NCBI RefSeq assembly: GCF_036960155.1
Contig: NZ_JBALWB010000006.1
Coordinates: 17,472-81,471, forward strand
DNA length: 64,000 nt
Direction of reading: 5' to 3'
Source of the DNA: Sulfitobacter sp.
Lineage (GTDB): Bacteria > Pseudomonadota > Alphaproteobacteria > Rhodobacterales > Rhodobacteraceae
Part shown: positions 40,126 through 50,411 of the stretch, one piece after another
Layout of the letters: every line of letters begins with the position of its first letter
Position numbering within the stretch: the stretch's first letter is position 1
Translations under genes and position numbers: made by a program
Notes under the pieces: model-generated
Seen by the model: only the letters and a program-made list of their open reading frames with translations
Database searches by the model: none
Told to the model about the DNA's origin: nothing

Positions 40126-40910
40126 GGCAGAAGCGATGTACCAGTGTGTTGGAATATCTGACCAAAGCCGGTCAATTGATCGGTGATTCCGGCTCGGCGC
40201 AGGCAACTCCAGAATAGCGCCTGATTGGACGTAACCACAGGTTTTCCAACAGCTTGCTCAATCTCTTCAACGACTTCAAGCGCGCGGATGCCGCTGCAGG
40301 ACAGGAAAATCACATCAGCGTCAGGGTGATCAATCTCGAGCGCAAACTTTTTCCAATAGGCGGGTGTGACCTGACCAAATTCCAAGCCCGTTTCGAGGTT
40401 GAGGCCCTGAATATCGAGGATGTCGAACCCTTTCTCGATCAAGAAATCAGCCTCGGCTGAATTGATCTCATCCAGATAGGGCGTGCCAACCACAAGTTTT
40501 TGCGCCCCCAATTCGCGCAACGCATCGACAACGCCAGTAACGAGGCACATCGGCTGGGTCCATGGCGCGCCCTTTGTAATTTCTGCGAATACACGGTCCT
40601 CACCATTCACAATCGACCCGCTGGTACACGTATAGCTGATCACCTTGGGTTTCATATCCGGTTGCAGGCGCCCAGCGGCCTCGGCCATGTGGTCGATGTG
40701 CCGCGCGAGAGTCTCTTTCGTTGTGTAATCTTCGGTCTTAAGGCGAGTGATATGAACACCAACACCCTCGGGTGCCATGTCAAAGAAGTCCTGCTCTGCT
40801 GCCAGATCAGTAGACATCAGTATAAAGCCAAGTTGCGCCCTGTCGTGGCGCCCACCGTCCATTTCAGGGACCCGGGCTTTGGACGCGATAACATCACCAG
40901 ATTTGTACAT
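40122..40910 (-). CDS. Asp/Glu racemase / maleate-isomerase superfamily (EutA-like) 2
   Basis: SYTCTSG and FLSCSGI; PVVTSNQA. Confidence 0.9.
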   Translation of the reverse strand: MYKSGDVIASKARVPEMDGGRHDRAQLGFILMSTDLAAEQDFFDMAPEGVGVHITRLKTEDYTTKETLARHIDHMAEAAGRLQPDMKPKVISYTCTSGSIVNGEDRVFAEITKGAPWTQPMCLVTGVVDALRELGAQKLVVGTPYLDEINSAEADFLIEKGFDILDIQGLNLETGLEFGQVTPAYWKKFALEIDHPDADVIFLSCSGIRALEVVEEIEQAVGKPVVTSNQALFWSCLRRAGITDQLTGFGQIFQHTGTSLLP

Positions 40911-40931
40911 ATTGGTGTCCTTTTTGGCGCT

Positions 40932-41747
40932 CTACACGGCCTCTTTCACGGCGCTCAAGAACTGTTGAGTGCGCTCTCGTTGCGGATTGCCAAACAATTC
41001 GGCAGGTGGACCTTGCTCTTCGATCTTACCGTCATAGAAGAAACAGACCCGGTCGGAGATATCACGGGCAAACCCCATTTGGTGCGTCACCATAAGCATC
41101 GTCAGATTATGTTCAGAGACCAGCTTGCGGATAACGTTTGTCACCTCCCCGATCACTTCGGGATCAAGCGCGGACGTGACTTCGTCAAATAACATCACCT
41201 TGGGGCGCATCGCCAATGCACGCGCAATCGCGACCCGCTGTTGTTGACCACCAGAGAGGCGAGACGGGTGCTGATCTTTCTTTTCCGCCATACCGACCAA
41301 CTCAAGAAGTTCTTCACCACGGTCTCGTGCTTCGGCCTTTGACATGCCGAGAACCTGAACAGGGCCCTCCATACAGTTCTGGATTGCCGTCATGTGTGGG
41401 AACAGATTGAAATGTTGGAAACACATGCCAATGTCAGTGCGGCGTTCACGCAGGTGACGTTCATTGGCTAGAACCAATTCCCCGCCTTTCTCCATATGGG
41501 TCAGTGGTTTGCCATCCACATAGATGACGCCGCCGTTGATCTTCTCAAGCGTCATGAGCATCCGCAAAACAGTCGTCTTGCCTGAACCCGATGGTCCAAT
41601 AACCGAAACCATTTCGCCTGCTGCAACGTCCAAATCAAGGTCGTCCAAAACCACCAGCGAATCGTAGGCTTTGCGCACTTTCTTAAAGCTGACCATCGGT
41701 TTGTTGTCGCCCGTAATCTCGGCCGGGAAACCTGACAAATCTTCCAT
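40932..41747 (-). CDS. ehuA: Ectoine/hydroxyectoine-type polar amino acid ABC ATPase
   Basis: GPSGSGKTTVLRMLMTLE, LSGGQQQR, FDEVTSALDPE. Confidence 0.85.
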   Translation of the reverse strand: MEDLSGFPAEITGDNKPMVSFKKVRKAYDSLVVLDDLDLDVAAGEMVSVIGPSGSGKTTVLRMLMTLEKINGGVIYVDGKPLTHMEKGGELVLANERHLRERRTDIGMCFQHFNLFPHMTAIQNCMEGPVQVLGMSKAEARDRGEELLELVGMAEKKDQHPSRLSGGQQQRVAIARALAMRPKVMLFDEVTSALDPEVIGEVTNVIRKLVSEHNLTMLMVTHQMGFARDISDRVCFFYDGKIEEQGPPAELFGNPQRERTQQFLSAVKEAV

Positions 41748-41750
41748 TTC

Positions 41751-42449
41751 TTACATTCCTAATTTGCGGCGCACGAAGTTTTCGAATGCGCGGATAAGGC
41801 CAGCGGCGGGTAGGGAAAGGGCCAAAAAGATAATACCAACAATTGTGTATGCTTCTAGGTAGCGCCAAGTCTCTGAACCAATCGAATTAGCGGTGTGGAT
41901 AAGTTCGGCAACGCCAATTACCGAAAGCATCGGGGTATCTTTGAAAATGCCTACAAGGTAGTTACCCATGCCCGGAATGGCTGGTGGGATCGCCTGTGGA
42001 ATGATCAACCGCCTGTATGTCTGCACGGTTGTCATGTTCAACGCGGTCGCCGCTTCCCACTGGCCTTTTGGCACAGAATCCAGACCACCCCGGTAGACTT
42101 CGGACAGGTAGCAGGAATAATGCAAACCAATGGCGATCATACCTGACACCCAAGGACTGAGCGTAATTCCAAACTGGGGCCCGACGTAGAATATGAAGAA
42201 TATCTGCAACAAGAGCGGCGTCGATCGAACAAACTCAACAAACTCGCGGACAACAAAGGTCAGAACCTTGCTGTCGCTGCGCTGCGCGAGGGCAAAAACC
42301 AACCCAAGCACGAGTGCGATAAGATATCCCGCTGCCGCAGCAATCAGCGTATTTACCGTGGCCTCAAGCAGGCGAGGAAGAATTCCCCAAGCGTAATCCC
42401 ATCGCCAATCAAACTTTGGGAACCAAGGTTCATTAAACCATTCAAACAT
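41751..42449 (-). CDS. ehuD: Ehu-type ABC permease
   Basis: FDWRWDYAW.., EFVRSTPLL, YRGGLDSVPKGQWEAA. Confidence 0.85.
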   Translation of the reverse strand: MFEWFNEPWFPKFDWRWDYAWGILPRLLEATVNTLIAAAAGYLIALVLGLVFALAQRSDSKVLTFVVREFVEFVRSTPLLLQIFFIFYVGPQFGITLSPWVSGMIAIGLHYSCYLSEVYRGGLDSVPKGQWEAATALNMTTVQTYRRLIIPQAIPPAIPGMGNYLVGIFKDTPMLSVIGVAELIHTANSIGSETWRYLEAYTIVGIIFLALSLPAAGLIRAFENFVRRKLGM

Positions 42450-42452
42450 GGA

Positions 42453-43118
42453 TCATGTCCTCCCCAGTTTTCGGGCCATAAAGCCCTCAAGCCAACGCAT
42501 GAATGGGGTCAGCATAAAGCGGGCCAATATGTAGTAGATGATCAATGCCGTGCCAAAGATTTGGGCCGACATATAGGTGCTTGCGTTGATCTGCTTGGCT
42601 TGGAACATCAAATCGGTGACAGAGATGAGCGATACAAGGGCAGTACCCTTCAAAATTTCGACCATCAGGTTGCCCCATGCGGGAAGCATATTCACCAGCG
42701 CTTGCGGAAGAATAATACGCCACATCCGCCGTGCAGAACTCATGTTGATCGCAGTTGCTGCTTCCCATTGACCTTTTGGGACAGACATAATGCCACCGCG
42801 CACCAGCTCGGCGCCATAAGCGCCCGCATTCAATCCAATAGCAACCCAACCGGCTGTGAACTTTTCTAAGGTTAATCCGAAGAGCGGGAGAACAAAGAAG
42901 ATCCAATAAAGCTGCACCAACAACGACGTGCCGCGAAAGAGCTCAATATACGTGACAGCAGAACCCATGATAAATTTGTTCGATGACATTTTCATCAATC
43001 CGAACACCAGCGCCAAGAAGACTGTCAGTGCCGCCCCCAACAGGAACTGAGCGACAGTGATCCCGGTTCCTGATAATAGAAGCGGCCAGTATTGGCTTAA
43101 GAAATCAAAAAGACTCAT
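42453..43118 (-). CDS. ehuC: Ehu-type ABC permease
   Basis: YIELFRGTSLLVQLYW, NAGAYGAELVRG; start MSLFDF. Confidence 0.85.
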   Translation of the reverse strand: MSLFDFLSQYWPLLLSGTGITVAQFLLGAALTVFLALVFGLMKMSSNKFIMGSAVTYIELFRGTSLLVQLYWIFFVLPLFGLTLEKFTAGWVAIGLNAGAYGAELVRGGIMSVPKGQWEAATAINMSSARRMWRIILPQALVNMLPAWGNLMVEILKGTALVSLISVTDLMFQAKQINASTYMSAQIFGTALIIYYILARFMLTPFMRWLEGFMARKLGRT

Positions 43119-43198
43119 ATGTGCGTGCGAACCTTTGCTATTTAAGAAAAGTGGCAGGCCAATTTGGCCTACCACTTCGATTTAGTAGTGCTAATCGA

Positions 43199-44041
43199 TT
43201 AGCGGTTTTCGCATGCCCACTGAGCTGTCGTGTCTCCTGGGAGGTGATCAACGCCATACTCATGCTCAGCGACTTTCGCCATCATCTCGTCTGTGCCGAT
43301 GTAACCGGCAAGTGCTTCGTTAAAGCCAGCGAGGAAGTCTTGGTCTTCGTGACGGAAGCCAATGCCAGCAAAGTTCTTGCTCCAGATCGGCATCAATGAA
43401 TTGTCGCCGAGCTCGATTTCATCATGATCGTTAGCGAGATGGGATGCTTCGAAGTATGTCAAAATCGCTGCATCCGCGCGGCCAGCTTTCAAAGCCGCGA
43501 CCATTTCCGTTGGGCCAGGCACCTGCATCAAGTGAGCATCGTCGATACCGACTTTCTTTGCCGCTTCAACAGTGTTGTAACCAGCGCCCGTCACCATAAT
43601 ATGGCCACCGCTCAGAACGTCAGCATAATTGTTGATGTTCTTTGGATTTCCAGCGGGAACCAAAACAGCATCACCAGCTTTTGCAACCGGAGTTGAGAAC
43701 GAGACGTTTTCACAACGGGAACCGAGAATATACATGCCACCAGTGATCAGGTCAAAACGCTCGGCCTTCAGTCCTGGGATCAATCCACCCCAATCACCAA
43801 CAACGGCTTCGATGTTTGTCAGGCCCATCTTAGCGAGAGTTTCGACTGCGATGTCGTTCGTGAAGCCGTCGGCATTACCATTCTCATCTGGATAACCCCA
43901 GAGTGGGATGTTGGCAAAACCGATACGAATGGTTTCACCGGCGTCAATCCGGTCTTGCAGTGGGCCCGCGAGGACAGATGATGCGGTTGTCGCGAGGGCG
44001 AAACCGGCTGCGATTAGGGTTTTTGTGACGTTCATTGACAT
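43199..44041 (-). CDS. ehuB: Ehu-type solute-binding protein (family 3)
   Basis: Signal peptide; IRIGFAN, WGGLIPGLKAERFDLITGGMYI..RC; ligand not established. Confidence 0.8.
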   Translation of the reverse strand: MSMNVTKTLIAAGFALATTASSVLAGPLQDRIDAGETIRIGFANIPLWGYPDENGNADGFTNDIAVETLAKMGLTNIEAVVGDWGGLIPGLKAERFDLITGGMYILGSRCENVSFSTPVAKAGDAVLVPAGNPKNINNYADVLSGGHIMVTGAGYNTVEAAKKVGIDDAHLMQVPGPTEMVAALKAGRADAAILTYFEASHLANDHDEIELGDNSLMPIWSKNFAGIGFRHEDQDFLAGFNEALAGYIGTDEMMAKVAEHEYGVDHLPGDTTAQWACENR

Positions 44042-44293
44042 TATTTCCTCCTTGATATTGTTGCGATGGGCAGGCGCCTTTTTTGCGCCTTTTCCCGGAT
44101 GTTTGATGGGGGGTTCCTCGCACCAAAGCTGCTGCTCAGGCACCAAAGATCTCTGGATTTTGACGTTCTTAGACTTCAACTCCCCAATTTCTGACTTCGA
44201 CTCTAATGCCGATAGAGGACGTTTTTCGTCAATATTTGGTCATACTCGACTAATTTGATTGCCATTACCAAAATAGTCGATCAAAATCAGATC

Positions 44294-44743
44294 ATGGATG
44301 AAAAAGACATAGAGATTCTTAGACTGGTTCAGACCGATGCCCGACTGACTGCTGAGGCTATTGGTTTTGAAATTGGATTGTCGCCACCGGCAGTCCAAAA
44401 ACGACTTAAAAAACTACGCGAGACAGGTGTAATTGAGAAAGAGATCGCAGTGCTTTCCTCTGCCAAATTGGGCCGAGGGATGACTGTGATTGTCCAAGTC
44501 ATGCTGGAACGCGAAAGCCGCAGGCATCTTGATGCGTTCAAACGCAGAATGCGTGCGGCGCCTGCTGTGCAGCAATGCTACTACGCCACAGGCGAGGCAG
44601 ATCTTATCCTTGTCGTTATCGTAAAAGACATCGTCGAATACGAGGAATTTACCCAAGAGTACTTCTTCGATGAATCGAATGTGAGTAAATTCACATCATC
44701 AATCGTGATGGACCGGGTCAAGGTTTCGCTCGATATCATTTGA
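44294..44743 (+). CDS. Lrp/AsnC-family regulator
   Basis: MDEKDIEILRLVQTDAR..GLSPPAVQKRLKKLRETGVI. Confidence 0.95.
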   Translation: MDEKDIEILRLVQTDARLTAEAIGFEIGLSPPAVQKRLKKLRETGVIEKEIAVLSSAKLGRGMTVIVQVMLERESRRHLDAFKRRMRAAPAVQQCYYATGEADLILVVIVKDIVEYEEFTQEYFFDESNVSKFTSSIVMDRVKVSLDII

Positions 44744-44751
44744 ACAATGCG

Positions 44752-44791
44752 TTGAAGCCGTTTCACCCAACGTAAGGATAAACGGCTTCAA
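44752..44791. terminator. 12-bp inverted repeat between convergent genes
   Basis: ttgaagccgttt-N16-aaacggcttcaa. Confidence 0.65.
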
Positions 44792-44808
44792 ACTGAAGGC
44801 GCTGCCAT

Positions 44809-45150
44809 TCAGGAATAAGCAGCGTACACAATGAACTCGACTTTGTAATCAGGGCGCGCGAGCTTTGCTTCGCCGCAGGCGCGCGCGGGGGCGTGGCCAC
44901 TTGGAACCCATTCGTTCCAAGCTTCGTTAAGCCCGTCAAAATCTGCCATATCGGCTAACCAGATCGTAACCCGCAACAGGTTTTCACGTGAAGATCCGGC
45001 CTTGAGCAAGAGCGCATCAATATTGGTCAGGCAGGCTTTAACTTGGTCCTGAATAGTCTCGCCTTCGGCAACCTGGCCTGTGAGATAGGCCACGCCATTG
45101 TGCTTCACAATTTTGGAAGAGCGTTGCCCAGTTTCAATGCGTTCGATCAT
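44809..45150 (-). CDS. RidA/YjgF-family (YoaB-like) imine deaminase
   Basis: YLTGQVA, IWLADMADF..NEAW, PARAC (catalytic Arg), KVEF. Confidence 0.92.
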   Translation of the reverse strand: MIERIETGQRSSKIVKHNGVAYLTGQVAEGETIQDQVKACLTNIDALLLKAGSSRENLLRVTIWLADMADFDGLNEAWNEWVPSGHAPARACGEAKLARPDYKVEFIVYAAYS

Positions 45151-45263
45151 GTTCGTTCCTAGCTTGTATCTATCATCTGCTGAGTACGTCAGCGACGCCG
45201 GACTTATGGACATACAGCAATAATTAAGGCAAACGTAATATTATTGAATATAATTCAGGGAAA

Positions 45264-46166
45264 TTGAAGTTGGCTATCAAGATCGAAATGCTCAGATGTT
45301 TCACCATGGTTGCGCTGCACGGCAGCCTCTCTGATGCGGCGGACGCGCTTGGGCGCACGCCCTCCGCTGTGTCGATGATGCTGAAACAATTTGAAGATCA
45401 TGTCGGTTCTCCACTGTTTGAGACGGCGCGCAAGTCACGACTGACCCCAATCGGGGGTCTGATCTACGAGGAAGCTCGTCGTGAGGTGGCGCATTTTGAA
45501 AACACTGTTTCAGTTATCGAGGGCCTGTCAAAATCAGAACTTGGCTATTTGCGCCTTGCGGTTACGCCATCTGTTGCAACAACCATATTGCCGACGATAA
45601 TCCACCGGTTCTGTCAGATGTACCCAGAGGTTCGAATTGATATTCGAGATATGGACTCCGCTGCAATAGCGCGCGATCTAGAACGAGAGCAAGCTGACGT
45701 CGGCATCGGAACACTGCCAAAGATTGACGGGATGAACCGCGTTGAACTGTTCAGTGACCCCTTTGGTGTAGTGTGCCGCAAAGACCATTCACTCGCTCAA
45801 AATTGGGATCAGCTTTCGTGGCAGGACATGGATGAATATGTGCTTATCGCGAATGGCTTGTGCAAGTTGATTACTGATCCTGGCTTTGCGCCTATCCTTG
45901 ACAAGTCTCGGCTTATGGTTCGCAATACTACGTCCCTGATGGGTTTGGTGCGCGAGGGTGTCGGTATAACAATATTGCCGCGCTTAGCCGTCACGGGTCC
46001 GCAAGACAACATCGCGTTTTTGCCGCTGAAGGACGTAAATACAAAGCGGACTGTTCATCTGGTTTCGCAGCCTCAGAATTTCCTGATGCCAGCGGCCAGA
46101 GCGTTCCTAAAACTTATCACATCAATGATCCACGAAGGCGCGTTAGGGGTGGATAAGGAAATTTAG
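45264..46166 (+). CDS. LysR-family regulator
   Basis: GSLSDAADALGRTPSAVSMMLKQFE. Confidence 0.95.
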   Translation: MKLAIKIEMLRCFTMVALHGSLSDAADALGRTPSAVSMMLKQFEDHVGSPLFETARKSRLTPIGGLIYEEARREVAHFENTVSVIEGLSKSELGYLRLAVTPSVATTILPTIIHRFCQMYPEVRIDIRDMDSAAIARDLEREQADVGIGTLPKIDGMNRVELFSDPFGVVCRKDHSLAQNWDQLSWQDMDEYVLIANGLCKLITDPGFAPILDKSRLMVRNTTSLMGLVREGVGITILPRLAVTGPQDNIAFLPLKDVNTKRTVHLVSQPQNFLMPAARAFLKLITSMIHEGALGVDKEI

Positions 46167-46270
46167 CAAAGCTGAACTAGATTACAATAAATTCGAAATG
46201 CCTGAATCGCCACAGTGAGGTATCCTTGTTCAGCACGCGCACCCGCGTTGCTTAGCCAAAGGAATAGATC

Positions 46271-47722
46271 TTGCAAACTTCAAACCTTAACTTCATTGCG
46301 GGTGACTGGGTCGCCGGTAGCTCTGAGATCGAAAACAGAAACCCCTCAGACCTGAGCGATTTGATTGGCATGTTCGCGCAAGCGACGCCGGATCAATTGG
46401 ATGCCACGCTAGATCAAGCGCGCCGCGCACAAGTTGAATGGGAAGCTTACGGGATCGAGCGCAAGTACAACGTGCTGATGGCAATCGGTACCGAGATGAT
46501 GGCGCGCGCCGAAGAGCTTGGCACATTGCTGGCCCGTGAAGAAGGCAAGCCAATGGCCGAAGGCAAAGGCGAGGTCTATCGCGCTGGTCAGTTCTTTACT
46601 TACTACGCTGCAGAAACATTGCGCCAGATGGGTGACACTGCAGACTCGGTTCGTGACGGGATTGAAATTGATGTGCGCCGCGAAGCAGTTGGCGTTGTCG
46701 CAATCATCTCGCCATGGAACTTCCCGACGGCCACGGCCTCTTGGAAAATTGCGCCCGCGTTGTGCTATGGCAATGCAGTTGTGTGGAAGCCGGCGAATGT
46801 CACGCCTGCCTCGGCTGTTGCGCTGGTCGAAATTATTGCGCGTCAGGACATCCCGAAGGGGCTGGTATCGTTGGTGATGGGGGCGGGATCATCCATCGGT
46901 CAACGTCTGGTCGAAAGTCCGAAAGTGAACGCAATCAGCTTTACAGGGTCGGTGCCTGTGGGCAAAGGCATCGCGGCGGCAGCCATCCAAAACCTGACAC
47001 GTGTTCAGATGGAGATGGGATCAAAGAACGCTTTAGCCGTGATGGATGACGCGGATATTGACCTGGCTGTCTCGCTCGCCCTTGGTGGCGCGTTTGGTGG
47101 ATCGGGCCAGAAGTGCACGGCCTCTTCGCGTCTTGTTGTGCATCAATCGGTGCATGACCAGTTTGTTGAAAAGCTGGTTGAGGGTGTAAAGGCGATGAAA
47201 GTCGGCCATGCCTTGGAAGCTGGCACGCAGTTGGGTCCGGTTGTTTCCGAGCAGCAGTTGAAAGAAAACCTCGCCTACGTCGATCTCGCCGCTACCGAAG
47301 GCGCTGAATTGCTTTGCGGTGGTCAGCGTTTGGAAATGCCAACCGAAGGCTACTATATGTCGCCGGGTGTTTTTGTTGGCACGCATAATGACATGCGCAT
47401 CAACCGCGAAGAGATGTTTGCGCCGCTTGCCTGTGTGATCCCTGTCGCCAGCTATGATGAGGCCTTGCATGTGGTGAATGATACAAACTTTGGCCTGACG
47501 GCGGGCATTGTGACGACCAATCTGGCACGTGCAACGCATTTCCGGCGCAACGCCAAGTCGGGTTGCGTAATGGTGAACTTGCCGACTGCTGGTACGGATT
47601 ATCACGTCCCATTTGGGGGCCGCGGTGACAGTTCTTATGGACCGCGCGAGCAGGGCAAGACGGCAGCTGAATTTTACACAATTGTGAAGACCTCCTACAT
47701 CTCCTCAGGGACGCCATTGTAA
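46271..47722 (+). CDS. Aldehyde dehydrogenase (2-oxoglutarate semialdehyde dehydrogenase-like)
   Basis: PWNFP, FTGS, EMGSKN, GQKCTA, EEMFAP. Confidence 0.95.
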   Translation: MQTSNLNFIAGDWVAGSSEIENRNPSDLSDLIGMFAQATPDQLDATLDQARRAQVEWEAYGIERKYNVLMAIGTEMMARAEELGTLLAREEGKPMAEGKGEVYRAGQFFTYYAAETLRQMGDTADSVRDGIEIDVRREAVGVVAIISPWNFPTATASWKIAPALCYGNAVVWKPANVTPASAVALVEIIARQDIPKGLVSLVMGAGSSIGQRLVESPKVNAISFTGSVPVGKGIAAAAIQNLTRVQMEMGSKNALAVMDDADIDLAVSLALGGAFGGSGQKCTASSRLVVHQSVHDQFVEKLVEGVKAMKVGHALEAGTQLGPVVSEQQLKENLAYVDLAATEGAELLCGGQRLEMPTEGYYMSPGVFVGTHNDMRINREEMFAPLACVIPVASYDEALHVVNDTNFGLTAGIVTTNLARATHFRRNAKSGCVMVNLPTAGTDYHVPFGGRGDSSYGPREQGKTAAEFYTIVKTSYISSGTPL

Positions 47723-48696
47723 TGCGGATCGACAATCTTCAATACGCGAATTGGTCCGAAAAGATATTTCGTCAAATGCGGGCAGGAGGCGTGGACGCTG
47801 TTCACGTCACCATCGCCTATCACGAGAATTTTCGCGAAACCGTACTGAATTTTGAGCAATGGAACCGCTGGTTTGAGCAGTTCCCCGATCTTATTATGAA
47901 GGGCCAGTGGGCCAGTGATGTAGACATCGCCAAAGAGACGGGTCGCACCGCGATTTTCTTTGGCTTCCAAAACCCTAGCCCGATTGAAGACGACATCGGA
48001 TTGGTGGAAATCGTGCACACGCTTGGCGCACGATTTATGCAGTTGACCTATAACAACCAATCGCTGCTGGCGACGGGTTGCTATGAGGCCGAAGACACTG
48101 GCATCACCCGCATGGGCAAACAGGTCATCAAAGAGATGAACCGCGTTGGTTTGGTCGTGGACATGAGCCATTCTGCGGATCGCTCAACAATTGAAGCTGC
48201 CGATCTATCAGAGCGCCCGATCGCAATCACCCATGCCAATCCTTATGAGTGGTCGCCAGCGCTGCGTAACAAAAAGGATGAGGTCATTCGCGCGGTTACG
48301 GAAAATGGCGGGATGCTGGGCTTTTCTGTTTACCCGCATCACCTCAAGGGTAAATCCGATTGCACGCTGCAAAACTTTTGCGAGATGATCGCGCGCACAG
48401 CAGAAAAATTCGGTGTGCAAAACCTTGGGATTGGCACGGATCTTTGTCAGGATCATCCCGATAGTGTCGTCGAATGGATGCGTGTGGGTCGTTGGAGTAA
48501 AGAGATTGATTTCGGCGAGGGTTCTGCGGCGGCTCCAGGTTTTCCGCCTATGCCGATTTGGTTCAACGACAACCGCGACTTTGGCAACATCGAAAATGGG
48601 CTGCTCGAGACCGGCATGAACCAGCAAGAAGTCACAAGCATAATGGGTGACAATTGGCATCGGTTTTATGCCGACAATTTCACGCCAGCCGGATGA
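47722..48696 (+). CDS. Membrane (renal) dipeptidase M19-family amidohydrolase
   Basis: LTYNNQS, VVDMSHS, ITHAN, GIGTD. Confidence 0.9.
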   Translation: MRIDNLQYANWSEKIFRQMRAGGVDAVHVTIAYHENFRETVLNFEQWNRWFEQFPDLIMKGQWASDVDIAKETGRTAIFFGFQNPSPIEDDIGLVEIVHTLGARFMQLTYNNQSLLATGCYEAEDTGITRMGKQVIKEMNRVGLVVDMSHSADRSTIEAADLSERPIAITHANPYEWSPALRNKKDEVIRAVTENGGMLGFSVYPHHLKGKSDCTLQNFCEMIARTAEKFGVQNLGIGTDLCQDHPDSVVEWMRVGRWSKEIDFGEGSAAAPGFPPMPIWFNDNRDFGNIENGLLETGMNQQEVTSIMGDNWHRFYADNFTPAG

Positions 48697-48704
48697 AGAT
48701 AAAT

Positions 48705-50411
48705 ATGGAGATTGCTCAATTGAATACATCGTCTGGTATTCCGAAACGCGATCCGGCTGAGGTAATGCGGCTAGCGCGACTTGGCGCCTTTCATCAATCT
48801 CGGCTCTCGTTCATGCGGGTTTTGACGCGCCGTATGACGCGCGAAAAATGGACGTTTACACGGCCTGTCTTTGAGATCGACGCTGTTGGTGTCGGCCACG
48901 CAGTTTATTGCGCCCATACGCCAGATCGGACCTATTCGCTGATTGCATTTGCCCATGATCTGCCCGCAGAAAACCGGTCTGATCGCGTTATCGCAGAGGC
49001 TTGGGATAGCACTTTCACACTCTTTGACGGAGTCCCAACTGACGATGATATTGCGCGCCTTGGCCAAAACGTTCCCTTGCAAGAAGCCGGGCGGGTGACG
49101 CAATCAGAACTCTCTGTTTCGCGTGCTAATCGATCTGTGCGCCTTTGGGATCATGTTGTATCCAGCCTCGCATCGGGGCAACAGCCAGACGTGGATGAGG
49201 TCAAGAATGTCGGATATCTTATGCGCACAACTGCGGTTTACGGTTCAGGTAAATTGGGCGCAGCGGATCGCGAAATGATCGCAATGCGCCCCGAATGTAC
49301 AGCCCCATTTCAGATCGAAATGCTGTCGGTGTTTCTGACCCGTACCTATGTGCGTGATCTTGCTCAGCACATGGCTAATCTGCGTGGCGGCGAAAATGCG
49401 GTCACGCTTGATCCCGACATTGCACGCGACATGGGTATTGGCAATTCCACCGGGCTTGGCATGGCTCCATTCTTGGTGAACCACCCTGTTTTACTGAACA
49501 ATTGGATATCTGCCCGCGAAGAAGCGATTGCACGTGTGCGAGATTTACCTCTAGCCAGCGCAGCCGAAGTCGAAATTTTTCGCAACCTCTTTGCGCGTTC
49601 GGTCATCTCCGCAGAGGCTTGGCACTCGGTTCATCCAATCCAAGTTGAAAAACTCGTAGTGTTGCGCGCCGATTTGCAAAAACTGACCTCCCATATTGAG
49701 AGCGCTGATTTGAGCAAAGACAACCCTTGGGATCGCTTGTTCCTTTGGGCCGACGCGCATTTGGGCCTCGACGCCGTCGAATGTTTGGCCTCCCTTATGT
49801 TGGAGCCCTACGGTGATTTGGTGGATTCGTTAGCCGACCGGATGTCACACAACGATACGGCCTCCTTTCGGATTGATGGCACAATGAGCGTTGCCGCGTT
49901 ACAGGCGATTTTGACCCAAACATACGCTTGGGCACTGTCCATTGACTGGAGCGATAAAGACGCCTGTGCCCGCGCGTGGTACGTCTCTGAAGAGAAACTC
50001 GAACCCCGCTTGGGCGAGCGGTTTGAAGAACCCATTGCCGCGTATGAACAGCCCCTTGCACCGGGGCGGGACGCGGCCGCGCTCTATCATGCTTTGCGTG
50101 ATTGGGAGCCAGATACGTCGCTCGCGGCCTTCTTACTGGCCCACCCCGAACACCGCCACACCATTCGCCGCGCCCAGATTGTTGAACGCGCACCATTTGC
50201 GGAAATACGGGACAACACCATTGGCTCGGACTTGCTGCCAATTGATATGCTAAGATGTAAGCTCGCCTTCTTTGGCGCGACACATTTTGATCCAAGGTCG
50301 GATCGCTGGCTGCGGATTTGCCTATTTGGCAACGCGCCATATCCAGAGGAATTGCAAACTTCTGCCGATGATTTCTGGCCCTATCCGCGGCTTGAGCAGG
50401 GGGGAACATGA
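48705..50411 (+). CDS. Conserved hypothetical protein (about 570 aa)
   Basis: Long ORF translationally coupled in the operon; GIGNSTGLGMAPF motif; no family recognised. Confidence 0.8.
   Translation: MEIAQLNTSSGIPKRDPAEVMRLARLGAFHQSRLSFMRVLTRRMTREKWTFTRPVFEIDAVGVGHAVYCAHTPDRTYSLIAFAHDLPAENRSDRVIAEAWDSTFTLFDGVPTDDDIARLGQNVPLQEAGRVTQSELSVSRANRSVRLWDHVVSSLASGQQPDVDEVKNVGYLMRTTAVYGSGKLGAADREMIAMRPECTAPFQIEMLSVFLTRTYVRDLAQHMANLRGGENAVTLDPDIARDMGIGNSTGLGMAPFLVNHPVLLNNWISAREEAIARVRDLPLASAAEVEIFRNLFARSVISAEAWHSVHPIQVEKLVVLRADLQKLTSHIESADLSKDNPWDRLFLWADAHLGLDAVECLASLMLEPYGDLVDSLADRMSHNDTASFRIDGTMSVAALQAILTQTYAWALSIDWSDKDACARAWYVSEEKLEPRLGERFEEPIAAYEQPLAPGRDAAALYHALRDWEPDTSLAAFLLAHPEHRHTIRRAQIVERAPFAEIRDNTIGSDLLPIDMLRCKLAFFGATHFDPRSDRWLRICLFGNAPYPEELQTSADDFWPYPRLEQGGT

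Noticed and set aside
36239-44041. Standard eut/doe ectoine degradation cluster
   Set aside because: EutB, EutC, EutE-type deacetylase and DABA aminotransferase are not recognisable; DAPAL and M20 are present instead.
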